Shown here one piece after another: positions 27,391-35,681 of a DNA stretch of 35,681 bases. The position numbers and the translations under genes were made by a program. How positions within the stretch are numbered: position 1 is the first letter of the stretch; every line of letters begins with the position of its first letter. Under the pieces are notes generated by a model. That model saw only the letters and a list, made by a program, of their open reading frames with translations, was not told the origin of the DNA and searched no databases. Location of the stretch: IMG/VR virus record IMGVR_UViG_3300031452_000084, positions 1 to 35,681 of that record; one strand, given 5' to 3'. This DNA comes from a virus. Its lineage: Duplodnaviria; Caudoviricetes.

Positions 27391-27801
27391 TTAGCCGAGG
27401 ATCTCGTCAATGCGCCTGTGTGCCTCGGTTAGGCGCGCTGCCCGCGCTCTCGCATGCGGGTCTACGACGGGCACGGCCTGGCGCGGAGAGGTACGCGCGG
27501 CAATCGCGGTCTCCAACGTGTCCATGCGTTCACGCATCCCCCACGGGTCGTCTACCGTCGGCTCGGGGTCCCACTCATAGGCTTCGTGCAGGGCAACCGG
27601 CTCAGGCTGCGGCACCGGCACGCGAGGCGGGCGGGGCTGACTACGACGCGCGATCTCGTTCAAGTCGTCCACAAGCGATGTCGCGGTGGAAGGCGTCGTT
27701 GGCGGCTCCGGGGCGGATGCACGGGTAGGCGACAGCAGGTCGTCGAGCATGCTGTGGAGTTTGGTCGCCGTCGCCGGCGTGGGCTGATTGGTCGTGGTCA
27801 T
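27391..27801 (-). CDS. Hypothetical proline-rich protein
   Basis: ATG 27801 after GAGGA. Confidence 0.6.
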   Translation of the reverse strand: MTTTNQPTPATATKLHSMLDDLLSPTRASAPEPPTTPSTATSLVDDLNEIARRSQPRPPRVPVPQPEPVALHEAYEWDPEPTVDDPWGMRERMDTLETAIAARTSPRQAVPVVDPHARARAARLTEAHRRIDEILG

Positions 27802-27833
27802 CGTGTTGTGTCCTCTATAATGTTGGTGGTCAC

Positions 27834-28610
27834 TCAACCACCGAAGTAGCGTTTCCATTCCGAGAGCGCCTGCTGGTGTGGGTTTTGGTACGACTCACCG
27901 CCGCCAAGATGGACGCGGTAGTCCCCGATGATGTCAGTTAGATACACAACCTCGGTCGTTTCAATCTCGGGGGCTCCTTGTGTGGCCAGGCCAATCGCCG
28001 TCACGAGGTCGTCGTGGGTCCCGACGCGGAAGGCCCCATACTGCTCGTTGGCATCCTCCGACACTTTAATCTCGTAGTTCAGCAATTCCTCCGTCAGGGC
28101 GGCCGCCTCGCCCGTCTTGGGCAACAGTAGCCGATTGGTCTGTAAGAGGGATTGAAGGCGGGACACGAGCCACCCTTTGCCCAGCGCGACGCTGCCATCC
28201 TCGCGGACGGTGCGCCTATCGCCATGGGTGAAGTAGACGGCAATAGGCTGGACACCCGCGCGCGCGAGCAGGTCGACCACCGGCTGGCCCACGCCCGTCG
28301 CGTCTACATAGAGGACGATCTCCACCGGCACGACCGTTGCCGTCTGGTAGGCGCCACTTACCGGGTCGTATTCCATCTGTGGCCCCTGCGGGGGCTCCGC
28401 TCGTTTATAGAGGTTGGTGACGACGCCGGCGATGCGCTCGGCAACGACGGGGTACGCCGTGCCCAGCGGCAGGCGCTCGGTGCGGCGGATGGTGTAGCGC
28501 TCTTCCACGCCACGGCCGTTCGGGGTCGCCTGCCACACCGTTTCGGCCACGGCGATGGCCGTGGGGTCCCGCTTCTGCCCGATGTCCACACCGATGGTTA
28601 TAGGTCCCAT
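27834..28610 (-). CDS. Terminase nuclease domain (RNase H-like), stand-alone
   Basis: IGVDIGQKRDPTAI, YVDATGVG, HDDLVTAIGLA; own SD GGGAGG. Confidence 0.85.
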   Translation of the reverse strand: MGPITIGVDIGQKRDPTAIAVAETVWQATPNGRGVEERYTIRRTERLPLGTAYPVVAERIAGVVTNLYKRAEPPQGPQMEYDPVSGAYQTATVVPVEIVLYVDATGVGQPVVDLLARAGVQPIAVYFTHGDRRTVREDGSVALGKGWLVSRLQSLLQTNRLLLPKTGEAAALTEELLNYEIKVSEDANEQYGAFRVGTHDDLVTAIGLATQGAPEIETTEVVYLTDIIGDYRVHLGGGESYQNPHQQALSEWKRYFGG

Positions 28611-29359
28611 ACGTCAATGTCCTCCCTAAAGGCGCGCTCAACGTCTTCACGCCGGAACGCCTGCGTCTCAGCCTCGCTGAACTGACACATGTACTCCTGG
28701 TCGTACCACCACTCGCCCATGTTGCGCCGCTCTTCGGCCAGGAACCCCTCCGAGATGCGGGGACACAGCGTCGCCGGCACTTCGTAGCGCTCCCACGGCT
28801 CCACGCCGCGCCACGCCTCGTAGAACCATCCCCGCGTGCCATGGGGAGTGGACAAGGCCAGCATCCGGCCCCCGCTGACCGCCAGCATGGGCCGGACGCT
28901 CATGTACAGGCTCTCCGCGACCCAGGCCGCCTCGTCGATGACAAGGAGGTTGACACCGCTGTACCCGCGAATGTTGCCGTCCTTCGAGCCGGGTAGGCTC
29001 ACGATGCGGCTACCGTTATCGAGGGTCAGCGTGAGCGCCGTTTCACTCTCGGGCGCCACCGGCCGCCCCAGGTCCTTATAGGTCGTCAGGCACTTCTTGA
29101 ACAACTCGCCAGACTGCCTGAGCGACGGCGAGAGCAACAGCACGAGGCTCCCGGCCTCATACAAGGCGGTATGCACCGCCAGGACGCTGGTAATCGTCGA
29201 CTTCCCCGATTGCCTCGAACAATTTAAGAGCAACCGCGACGATGAGGAGCGCAAGACGTTCGCCTGCCACGGGTCCGGCACCATCCCCACCTGCGCGGCG
29301 AGCAACACCGGATCAAGGGCGCGCGCTAGGTCGGACGCGATAGCCGCTGAAACAGCCAT
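28598..29359 (-). CDS. Terminase ATPase domain, stand-alone
   Basis: PWQ motif, Walker A RQSGKS, IRG, Walker B LVIDEAA, LSTP coupling motif, QEYMCQF. Confidence 0.9.
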   Translation of the reverse strand: MAVSAAIASDLARALDPVLLAAQVGMVPDPWQANVLRSSSSRLLLNCSRQSGKSTITSVLAVHTALYEAGSLVLLLSPSLRQSGELFKKCLTTYKDLGRPVAPESETALTLTLDNGSRIVSLPGSKDGNIRGYSGVNLLVIDEAAWVAESLYMSVRPMLAVSGGRMLALSTPHGTRGWFYEAWRGVEPWERYEVPATLCPRISEGFLAEERRNMGEWWYDQEYMCQFSEAETQAFRREDVERAFREDIDVWDL

Positions 29360-30045
29360 CACGCCGCCCCCGTCACAGGACCGGCCTCAAAGGACACCAG
29401 GGCGGCCGCCACGGCCCGCCGCGCCTCGGGATGGGGCGCAAGGGCCATAAGTAGCGCGGCGCGTACCTGCAACCACTCAGGGGCCATGAGGACGTTGACC
29501 TGTGGCCGCTCATCAAGCTGGCCCAGCAGCTTCGCCAGGAGTTGCGTCTGCCCGGTAAGCTGCTGGGCCGTCTTTAGCACCAACTCGCGCGGGTCGGCAT
29601 GCTTGCTCTCCCAGCGCTCGATGGCCACGCCAGAGCCCTGCACGCGGGCCAGGAGCCGGTCGAGTGACTCCTTGCGGCGCTGGGGCTTGCCGTCGTCCCC
29701 CGGCTGCTCATAGGTCACGAGGATGTCGCCGGCGCGTGGCCCGACATCATAGCGCGTCGGATCGTCGGCGTCGCGTAGCCAGCGGTCGCAGGCGTCGAAG
29801 AGCAGGTTAACGCGCTGAAAGCAACGCTGCAACTCCTCCATCACGTCAAGTGCGTTCTCCTCCTGCCGTGTTGCCTGGGCCTGCACCATGGCCGGCGGAA
29901 GATGCTCATCCTTGTGTCGCTGCACCGCTGTCTTACTTAACGGGACATAGCGGGACGCGACAAGGCGCACCGCCTCACCACCAACAAGCGCCCGGTCGAT
30001 AGCCAGGCGCTCGGGATGCTGGCAGACGGTACACACGCGGGACAT
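29359..30045 (-). CDS. Putative terminase small subunit (CxxCxH plus HTH)
   Basis: SD GGAGGAG; MSRVCTVCQHP...LSKTAVQRH; TGATG-coupled to the ATPase gene. Confidence 0.65.
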   Translation of the reverse strand: MSRVCTVCQHPERLAIDRALVGGEAVRLVASRYVPLSKTAVQRHKDEHLPPAMVQAQATRQEENALDVMEELQRCFQRVNLLFDACDRWLRDADDPTRYDVGPRAGDILVTYEQPGDDGKPQRRKESLDRLLARVQGSGVAIERWESKHADPRELVLKTAQQLTGQTQLLAKLLGQLDERPQVNVLMAPEWLQVRAALLMALAPHPEARRAVAAALVSFEAGPVTGAA

Positions 30046-30055
30046 AAAACTCCTC

Positions 30056-31228
30056 CTACTCGTGGGACGCCACCAGGGCGCTATCACACGCCGCGACGAC
30101 CTCGGTTGACAGCGCCATCATGTCGCGAACGAGCGTCAAAAGGCGGATCATCACGCCTGAGATGTCGTTCAAGTTAGGTTGTGGCAGATCGTCGTCGAGC
30201 GCCATCTGCGCAAGGCTACGCCCGATGTTCTGCGCCGCTAGGCCCTTCCGTTGTAAGGCCGCATCCGCCTGCTTGGCCTTCGTTAGCGCCTCACGGGCGT
30301 TCTGTAACGAATCAGTCATTAGGAGGCCCTCCGCTGCTGGTTTGCGAGCGCCGTGGCATTGCGCCGTCTGATGGCCGCCGGCAAGCCGCTCTCGTCGGGA
30401 TCGTCGCCGACGCGCTCGATCACATAGGCCGGATAACTCATACGAGATACCCGAGACGGTGAGGCGGTCAGTGAGCGGCACGTATGGCTCGGGCGCGCGA
30501 TTGCGGAGCGCGGCGGCCCTGGCCCACGCCTCGCGCTGGGAGTCCTCGTCGAGTCCGCTGATCGTTGCCTGGAGTTCGTAGATCCGCTCGTCGTTCTCCT
30601 CATCCGGCACGATGATGTCGATGTGCTGGTCTACGGCCGGTCCGCGCCCCCTTTTGCCGCGATATACCAGCGGCTCCTCGTCCGGCTCACGCCGCCGCCG
30701 CGACGGCACACGTCGCCCGGCTTGGGGATCGCCAAGATGCGCCAGGTCGCGGTCGAGCTTTGTCTCGGCCTGGAGCGTGTCGCCCCTCGTCGCCGCGCGC
30801 GTCTCGCGGTCCACCTGGGCCGTCTGCGCGGCCGTTAGCGGCATGAGGTCGCTATCGACATCAGCGATTACGGAACGGCGGGGAACGCGTGTCACGGCTG
30901 TCTTACCGCTCGCAGCACTCGCCCGTTGACTGCGGCTGGCCTTGGCCGGCGTGGTGGTGGTGGCTGTCGGACGCGTCGGTGTGGTGGTGGTTCGTTTAGC
31001 CATGTGATTAGTCTCCTTTGGTGTGTGATCGGCCGGCAGCACAAGGCCGGCGCGGCGTAGTTGGCACCGGATCTTGGCGTAGGCGCGGTGATCTCCTGGT
31101 GTACCCGCGACGAGGACAAGAGGGGCTGCCCTCGACGGCGGCGTCAGCATGAAATGGCCTGATTTGCGCCTCTCGGCGCCCCAGCCCTGTCTACGGGCCT
31201 CGTCGATAAGCCGGTCGATGTCTCGCAT
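30056..31228 (-). CDS. Composite ORF: HicA-like N-terminus plus two probable downstream genes (starts 31003 and 30319)
   Basis: ARRQGWGAERRKSGHFML...GTP.D resembles HicA; internal SD AAGGAG before MAKR; TAATG junction at 30317-30321. Confidence 0.55.
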   Translation of the reverse strand: MRDIDRLIDEARRQGWGAERRKSGHFMLTPPSRAAPLVLVAGTPGDHRAYAKIRCQLRRAGLVLPADHTPKETNHMAKRTTTTPTRPTATTTTPAKASRSQRASAASGKTAVTRVPRRSVIADVDSDLMPLTAAQTAQVDRETRAATRGDTLQAETKLDRDLAHLGDPQAGRRVPSRRRREPDEEPLVYRGKRGRGPAVDQHIDIIVPDEENDERIYELQATISGLDEDSQREAWARAAALRNRAPEPYVPLTDRLTVSGISYELSGLCDRARRRRSRRERLAGGHQTAQCHGARKPAAEGLLMTDSLQNAREALTKAKQADAALQRKGLAAQNIGRSLAQMALDDDLPQPNLNDISGVMIRLLTLVRDMMALSTEVVAACDSALVASHE

Positions 31229-31305
31229 ACTGGCCCCCTTGAGCGTGGCCGCTAACGTCGAATTTGGCCGCCGATGTGACCTGCTAACGTCGCTCCCACA
31301 CCGCG

Positions 31306-34300
31306 CTACTTGATGCGGCGGGGCAGTTGAAACGGCAGGCCGACCGTGGGCGACTGGGTATCGCTCGGGCCGTAACTCTGCGCCGCGACGACCTTGCGCG
31401 ACGTATCAATGTTGTGCTGCGTCTTGGTCTGCCCGACCTTGTTGCCGTTCTGATCTTGGACCGTGACCGTGATGCCGAGCGTGTGCTGCACCTGCTGCGC
31501 GCTCTGCATAACGCCCGACCCATAGTTGCGGCCCTGGCCGGGATGCCCCGTATAATCCCATCCCGCGGGACCCGCGTTATATTGGGCGAGGGCCTTGTCC
31601 CAGCGTCCTCCTGCGGACTTCGACGCGACTAAACTCGCGTCGAAGTCGGCCATGCCTTGCGCGGCGATCTGAGGGTCGAGCGCGGCCGCGTGCCAGTTTG
31701 CCGCCGTGACAGGCCCCTTGCCCAATTCATGAGACGCCTGGCCCAAGTATTTGAGGGCCGACGCTTGGTCCGTGAACTGGCCCAGGCCGTATCCTCCGTC
31801 CGCGCTCACCGCAGACGGGTCGATCTTGCCGTTGACCGTAGCCTCCTGACGCGACTGGGCCAGAAGCACGGACAACGGGACGCCGGTACGTTGCGCCGCC
31901 GCCTCCAAAGCGGAGAACGTTGACGCCGACAGGCCCGCACCGCCGACCTTCAACTGGCCCGCGACACCCTGATTGACCGCCGTGCCGCTGATCGCTCCGA
32001 ACGCGGCGACGCCCGAGGCGTCGTAGCCGAACTTGGACGCGTCCCCGGCCCGATTGTGGGCGAGGTTATCCTGGAGGAGGGCCTGGTTGTGGACATCCCA
32101 CGGTGCTTGATTGCGGTTCGCCTGATGGGCAAGCGCCGTGGGGTTCGTGAAGTCGATGGCGTTGGGGTTTATGCCCAAGTCGTAGGGGGACGGCGGCCCC
32201 AAAATGGCCGTGTTCGCGTAGGGGCGCGTGGGCTGGATGTGGTGCGGGTTGGCGCCGGCGCTCAGGTCCGTCCCGCTCGGTGTGAAACGCGGGTCCCGCG
32301 ATGCGATGTCCTTAGCGCTCTGATCGGCAAGGGCCATCTTAGCAGCTATTTGCTCCGCCCAAATGGAGGCTTTCTGCATCTCGCTATTGACGCGGTTGGC
32401 GGCGTCGATGGCCGTTTTATATAAATCGGCGGCGTTATGAGGGCCGGCCGCGCCGGGCGCCGCCTCTTTTTGCTGGAGGCTTTGCTCGTATTTCTGGGCG
32501 GCGCCGGGGCCTTCGGCCGCCAATTTACGGATAAACTCGTCGGCCTGGGGGCCTTTCATCCCGCTGAAGTCGAAGCCGGCCGATGAGAGCGCCTGTTGCG
32601 CGACCCGCTCACCACCGGAGCCGACATCGTAGCGACGTGCCGTGTTCGCATACGCATCCCAGAGCGCCGCTGGTGATTTTTGCGCCGCATCGAATGGGGC
32701 CGGATTGAGGCCCAACATATAACCCTGCGCGAGCGCACTTGTGCCCGTTGACCCAATCGTGCCCGACATGGCCTGCGCGACATTGACCGATGGGCCAGCG
32801 ATTGCTTGCACCGCCGCCAAACCATTGACGCTAATCTGCCCAACTCCGGCGGCTTGACCCAGTTCTTTCACCCCAGAGATAAGGCGAGATAAACTTACTC
32901 CCGTTTGCCTCGCTGCCTGATCCATTTGCGCGTAGGTGTCACCGACCTGATTAGAGGATAGGCCACCTTGCATCAACTGGCCCGTGAGTCCTGTCGCCTC
33001 GCCCAGTCCGACGTTGCCCACGCGGGCCAAGGCCATGCTCGACGCGAGGGCACCGCCCATCTGAGAGGATGTGACACCGGCACCGCCCAATTGCTGCGCG
33101 GCGGCCACACTCTCCTGTTCGTGGAAAAGGTAGGCCCACCCGGTGCGCTGGGCCGCCATCAATTCACTAGAGGGCGTCGCGCCGGTCGTGGTCCCTTCCG
33201 TGGCCGATAGCCCCTGCTTTTCCTGTTCGTAGTGCGTCTGCGCGGCATTGACGCCCAGACCAAGGACAGCGCCGCCCGCCACGGCCCCGACGGCGCCCAA
33301 GGCGAGCGGCGCCGCCTCGCCGATCAACCCTATAAGGGGGCGCGCTAGCCCCGCCACGAGGTCGCCCGTGGCGCCCATGCCGGCCGCGTTCGCCGCCCCA
33401 TTGATCCCGCCGGCGACAAGGCCACCCGCGCTCCTGGTGAGGGCCTGCGCAATGTGGTCACCCAACACCGTGTCCGACCTATCCTGCTGGGTCGTGTCGT
33501 TGCTAGTGCTCCCGCTCGTCGGGCCGAAGGCGGGCGTGGCGGTGGGCCAGGGATTGGCCGCGCCGCGCTGATCGACGGTCGCGCCGTAGACTCCATAGCG
33601 CGCCAGGCGCTCCATGCCCTCCGGCGGAGGGGGGACAAGCGGCCCGGATCGCACGCTCTGCTGATAGTACGTGCCCGCGTTGACCGACGGCTGTGTGTCG
33701 TTCGGGTCTTGCCCTTGTGGCTGCTGCTGTGGACTTTGCCGGCGCAACGCCTCCTGCCAGCGTATGAGCATGTCCTGCTGCGTCGACAGTGGTTGGGAAG
33801 TGGCATCGGGCGTGGCGGCGGCGAAATCGCGCACCTGCCCCGTCACCTCAACTTGACGTGCCGTAATAGCGTCCGTCGTCTGGGCGATATCGGGGGCCGC
33901 GCCCGCGAGTCCGGCGGGTTCCATGCGCGCGACGAAGCCGGCCGCCTGCTCATAGGTCGTGGCGTGGAGGCCCTGCGCGCTGAAGGTCGCGTTGACCTGC
34001 TCTTGCAGGCGTTGCTGGAGCTGGCGGATGCCCGCGTCGGCCGCGATCGCGGCGACGGCAAGCGCCTGGATGTCATCCGTCAACGCCCCTGTTACGGGGG
34101 GTGCTGTCTCGCCCGCACTGGCCCCTGTCGGCGTCGCGGATGGCGGCGTTTGGGCGGTCAATGCCTGTGCCAGGGAGTCGGTGACGGGCGCGACGGGGGA
34201 AACAGGCACACCCGTCGCGGCGTGGCCGCCGGGTAGCGGCACCGGGATGGGAGCGGATGGGATAGAGGGCAATGGCGCCGGAATAGACGTCGTATCGTAG

Positions 34301-34773
34301 CCGTAGCGCGCGGGGCGCTCGATACCCGCCGCTTGCTGCTGGGCCTGGCGCTGCTGCTGGGCCTGCTGCTGCCGGTCGCGCTCGGCCATGGCCTGCTGGA
34401 ACTGCGCCAGCACGTCGGCGGGTGGCTGCGTAGCGAGATTAGGTGTGGTCCCCGCGAAGTCCATGGCCCGCGCCTGGATGTCGGCGGACCTGGCCGCCAA
34501 CGCATTCTTGGTCTGGGCGATGTCAGGCGCTGCCTGGGCCACGTCCGCCGGGTCCATGCGGGAGAGGAACCCGGACGCTTGCTCGTAGTTTTGCGGGCGT
34601 AGGCCCTGCGCCCCGAACGTCGCCGTGACCTGTTCGGTAAGATGCTGTTTGAGCCGTTGTAGTTGATCGTCTGCGTCGCGGGCGGCAGCCGCTAGCTGCT
34701 CGAAAACCTGCAACGCCTCATCGGCGTTGACGCTCAGGTCGATGGACGCGTCCTCGCCTTGATTTTCGCTCAT
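31306..34773 (-). CDS. Tape-measure-like protein with C-terminal lytic transglycosylase domain
   Basis: 1155 aa, A/G/Q-rich and helical, with central hydrophobic segments. SLT motifs LLAQSRQE, AVS..GGYGLGQF, ALAQYNAGP. Confidence 0.8.
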   Translation of the reverse strand: MSENQGEDASIDLSVNADEALQVFEQLAAAARDADDQLQRLKQHLTEQVTATFGAQGLRPQNYEQASGFLSRMDPADVAQAAPDIAQTKNALAARSADIQARAMDFAGTTPNLATQPPADVLAQFQQAMAERDRQQQAQQQRQAQQQAAGIERPARYGYDTTSIPAPLPSIPSAPIPVPLPGGHAATGVPVSPVAPVTDSLAQALTAQTPPSATPTGASAGETAPPVTGALTDDIQALAVAAIAADAGIRQLQQRLQEQVNATFSAQGLHATTYEQAAGFVARMEPAGLAGAAPDIAQTTDAITARQVEVTGQVRDFAAATPDATSQPLSTQQDMLIRWQEALRRQSPQQQPQGQDPNDTQPSVNAGTYYQQSVRSGPLVPPPPEGMERLARYGVYGATVDQRGAANPWPTATPAFGPTSGSTSNDTTQQDRSDTVLGDHIAQALTRSAGGLVAGGINGAANAAGMGATGDLVAGLARPLIGLIGEAAPLALGAVGAVAGGAVLGLGVNAAQTHYEQEKQGLSATEGTTTGATPSSELMAAQRTGWAYLFHEQESVAAAQQLGGAGVTSSQMGGALASSMALARVGNVGLGEATGLTGQLMQGGLSSNQVGDTYAQMDQAARQTGVSLSRLISGVKELGQAAGVGQISVNGLAAVQAIAGPSVNVAQAMSGTIGSTGTSALAQGYMLGLNPAPFDAAQKSPAALWDAYANTARRYDVGSGGERVAQQALSSAGFDFSGMKGPQADEFIRKLAAEGPGAAQKYEQSLQQKEAAPGAAGPHNAADLYKTAIDAANRVNSEMQKASIWAEQIAAKMALADQSAKDIASRDPRFTPSGTDLSAGANPHHIQPTRPYANTAILGPPSPYDLGINPNAIDFTNPTALAHQANRNQAPWDVHNQALLQDNLAHNRAGDASKFGYDASGVAAFGAISGTAVNQGVAGQLKVGGAGLSASTFSALEAAAQRTGVPLSVLLAQSRQEATVNGKIDPSAVSADGGYGLGQFTDQASALKYLGQASHELGKGPVTAANWHAAALDPQIAAQGMADFDASLVASKSAGGRWDKALAQYNAGPAGWDYTGHPGQGRNYGSGVMQSAQQVQHTLGITVTVQDQNGNKVGQTKTQHNIDTSRKVVAAQSYGPSDTQSPTVGLPFQLPRRIK

Positions 34774-34842
34774 CGGAGAAGTGCCCTTTAGGGGGTAAGG
34801 CAGGCGCGTAGAGTGCGCCCGGCATGTCGCGCGTGTTGAAGC

Positions 34843-35316
34843 TTAGTGAACCGGGTAACGAGCCGCATCCTCGGCCAGCGCGGTCGTACGTTCAGCTATG
34901 ACCAGGGTCGCCCGCGCGTCCACCTCGTCCTCACTCATCCGCAACAACGGTCCCATCACCTGCACCGTGGCCGCGATCTCGTCGATAACAGGCGCGAGTA
35001 CCCGCCTGAAAGACCCTATCGCGCAGACGCCCGCGAGCACGATATCCTCGACGTCCTTCCAGACGACCACGTCGCCGGGCTCCGGCGTCCGCATGCGGTT
35101 GGAGAGCGCCCACAACTCGCGCAATGCCTCGGCGATCTCGGCATCGGCTGCGCTCGCCGTCTCCCCCATAGTTAGTCGCATGCGGTCCATGTAGCCGACC
35201 ATGGCCGTCCGCATCGCGCTGATGGCGGCGACACGCTCGGCGGCGACACGCTCGGCCTCTCGTACGTCGGCTAGATCGCTGGCGGCCAGCGGCGACGTCG
35301 GGTACCTATCTACCAT
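34843..35316 (-). CDS. Hypothetical helical protein
   Basis: SD AGAGGA; 157 aa; upstream of the tape-measure-like gene. Confidence 0.6.
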   Translation of the reverse strand: MVDRYPTSPLAASDLADVREAERVAAERVAAISAMRTAMVGYMDRMRLTMGETASAADAEIAEALRELWALSNRMRTPEPGDVVVWKDVEDIVLAGVCAIGSFRRVLAPVIDEIAATVQVMGPLLRMSEDEVDARATLVIAERTTALAEDAARYPVH

Positions 35317-35332
35317 AATCCATCCTCTTTAG

Positions 35333-35681
35333 TACTACAACGTTAGGTTTTTGGGGTTGGGGTAGACTGGGGGGAGGAGGATTGCTCATGATTGCCGCCT
35401 ACGCCCCCTTGGTCGCGCCGCCCTCGGCGCAACCGCCCACGCCCAACCTGGCGCCGCGCGATGTGGAGCGCCTCGCCGACGACCTGGTGGCCTACCACGC
35501 CCGCTTCGCCCCGCTGTTCCAGCGCACCGAGCAGCGGCGCGCGGCGCTGCTCTACCTACAAGGCCAGTTACTTGACCTGGAGCGCAAGACGATCGAGCCA
35601 CTGGCCCACGCGGTGGTGGGCGGTGACGTGCAGGCGCTGCAACAGTTCATCGGGCAGAGCCCGTGGGACGCCGAGGCCGTG
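35333..35681 (+). mobile_element. IS701-family insertion sequence: left end and partial transposase (ATG 35388)
   Basis: Hand translation FAPLFQRTEQR..ALLYLQGQL..ERKTIEPLA...LQQFIGQSPWD is a typical IS701 N-terminus. SD GGAGGAGG. Preceded by TTAG. Exact end inferred. Confidence 0.85.

Noticed and set aside
26788-35316. Complete prophage or gene transfer agent
   Set aside because: No portal, protease, capsid or tail-tube motifs are recognisable. They cannot be excluded beyond the window.

Overview
GC-rich bacterial mobile-element DNA with no recognisable housekeeping genes. A Chloroflexota-like host is my inference, from the PYPTYTPYP/PTP-rich linker and gene style. Left to right: (1) a minus-strand replication/recombination block with a 3'-truncated RepB/AEP-type primase carrying a PriCT-like domain (missing from the ORF track), a structured leader with a likely antisense RNA and a tRNA-like four-way junction, an excisionase-like HTH and a tyrosine recombinase; (2) a 282-bp element with 35-bp terminal inverted repeats, then divergent accessory operons (RHH, GIY-YIG, DUF3102 versus SWIM and small proteins) and an HTH/coiled-coil gene with embedded GGACA repeats; (3) a multi-hairpin sso-like region and a minimal conjugation operon (pilin-like, PrgI-like, VirB4 broken at a perfect 43-bp inverted duplication, VirB6-like, HUH relaxase, VirD4); (4) small regulators, a DUF2335 pair and a tandem cold-shock-domain gene; (5) a phage-like operon with a tape-measure-like/lytic transglycosylase protein, a HicA-like domain, a TerS-like protein and a terminase split into separate ATPase and nuclease genes, with no recognisable portal, capsid or tail-tube gene; (6) the start of an IS701-family element. 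The most unusual aspect is conjugation plus a capsid-less, split-terminase packaging module on one replicon-like element. All family assignments are motif recognition by eye; no searches were run.
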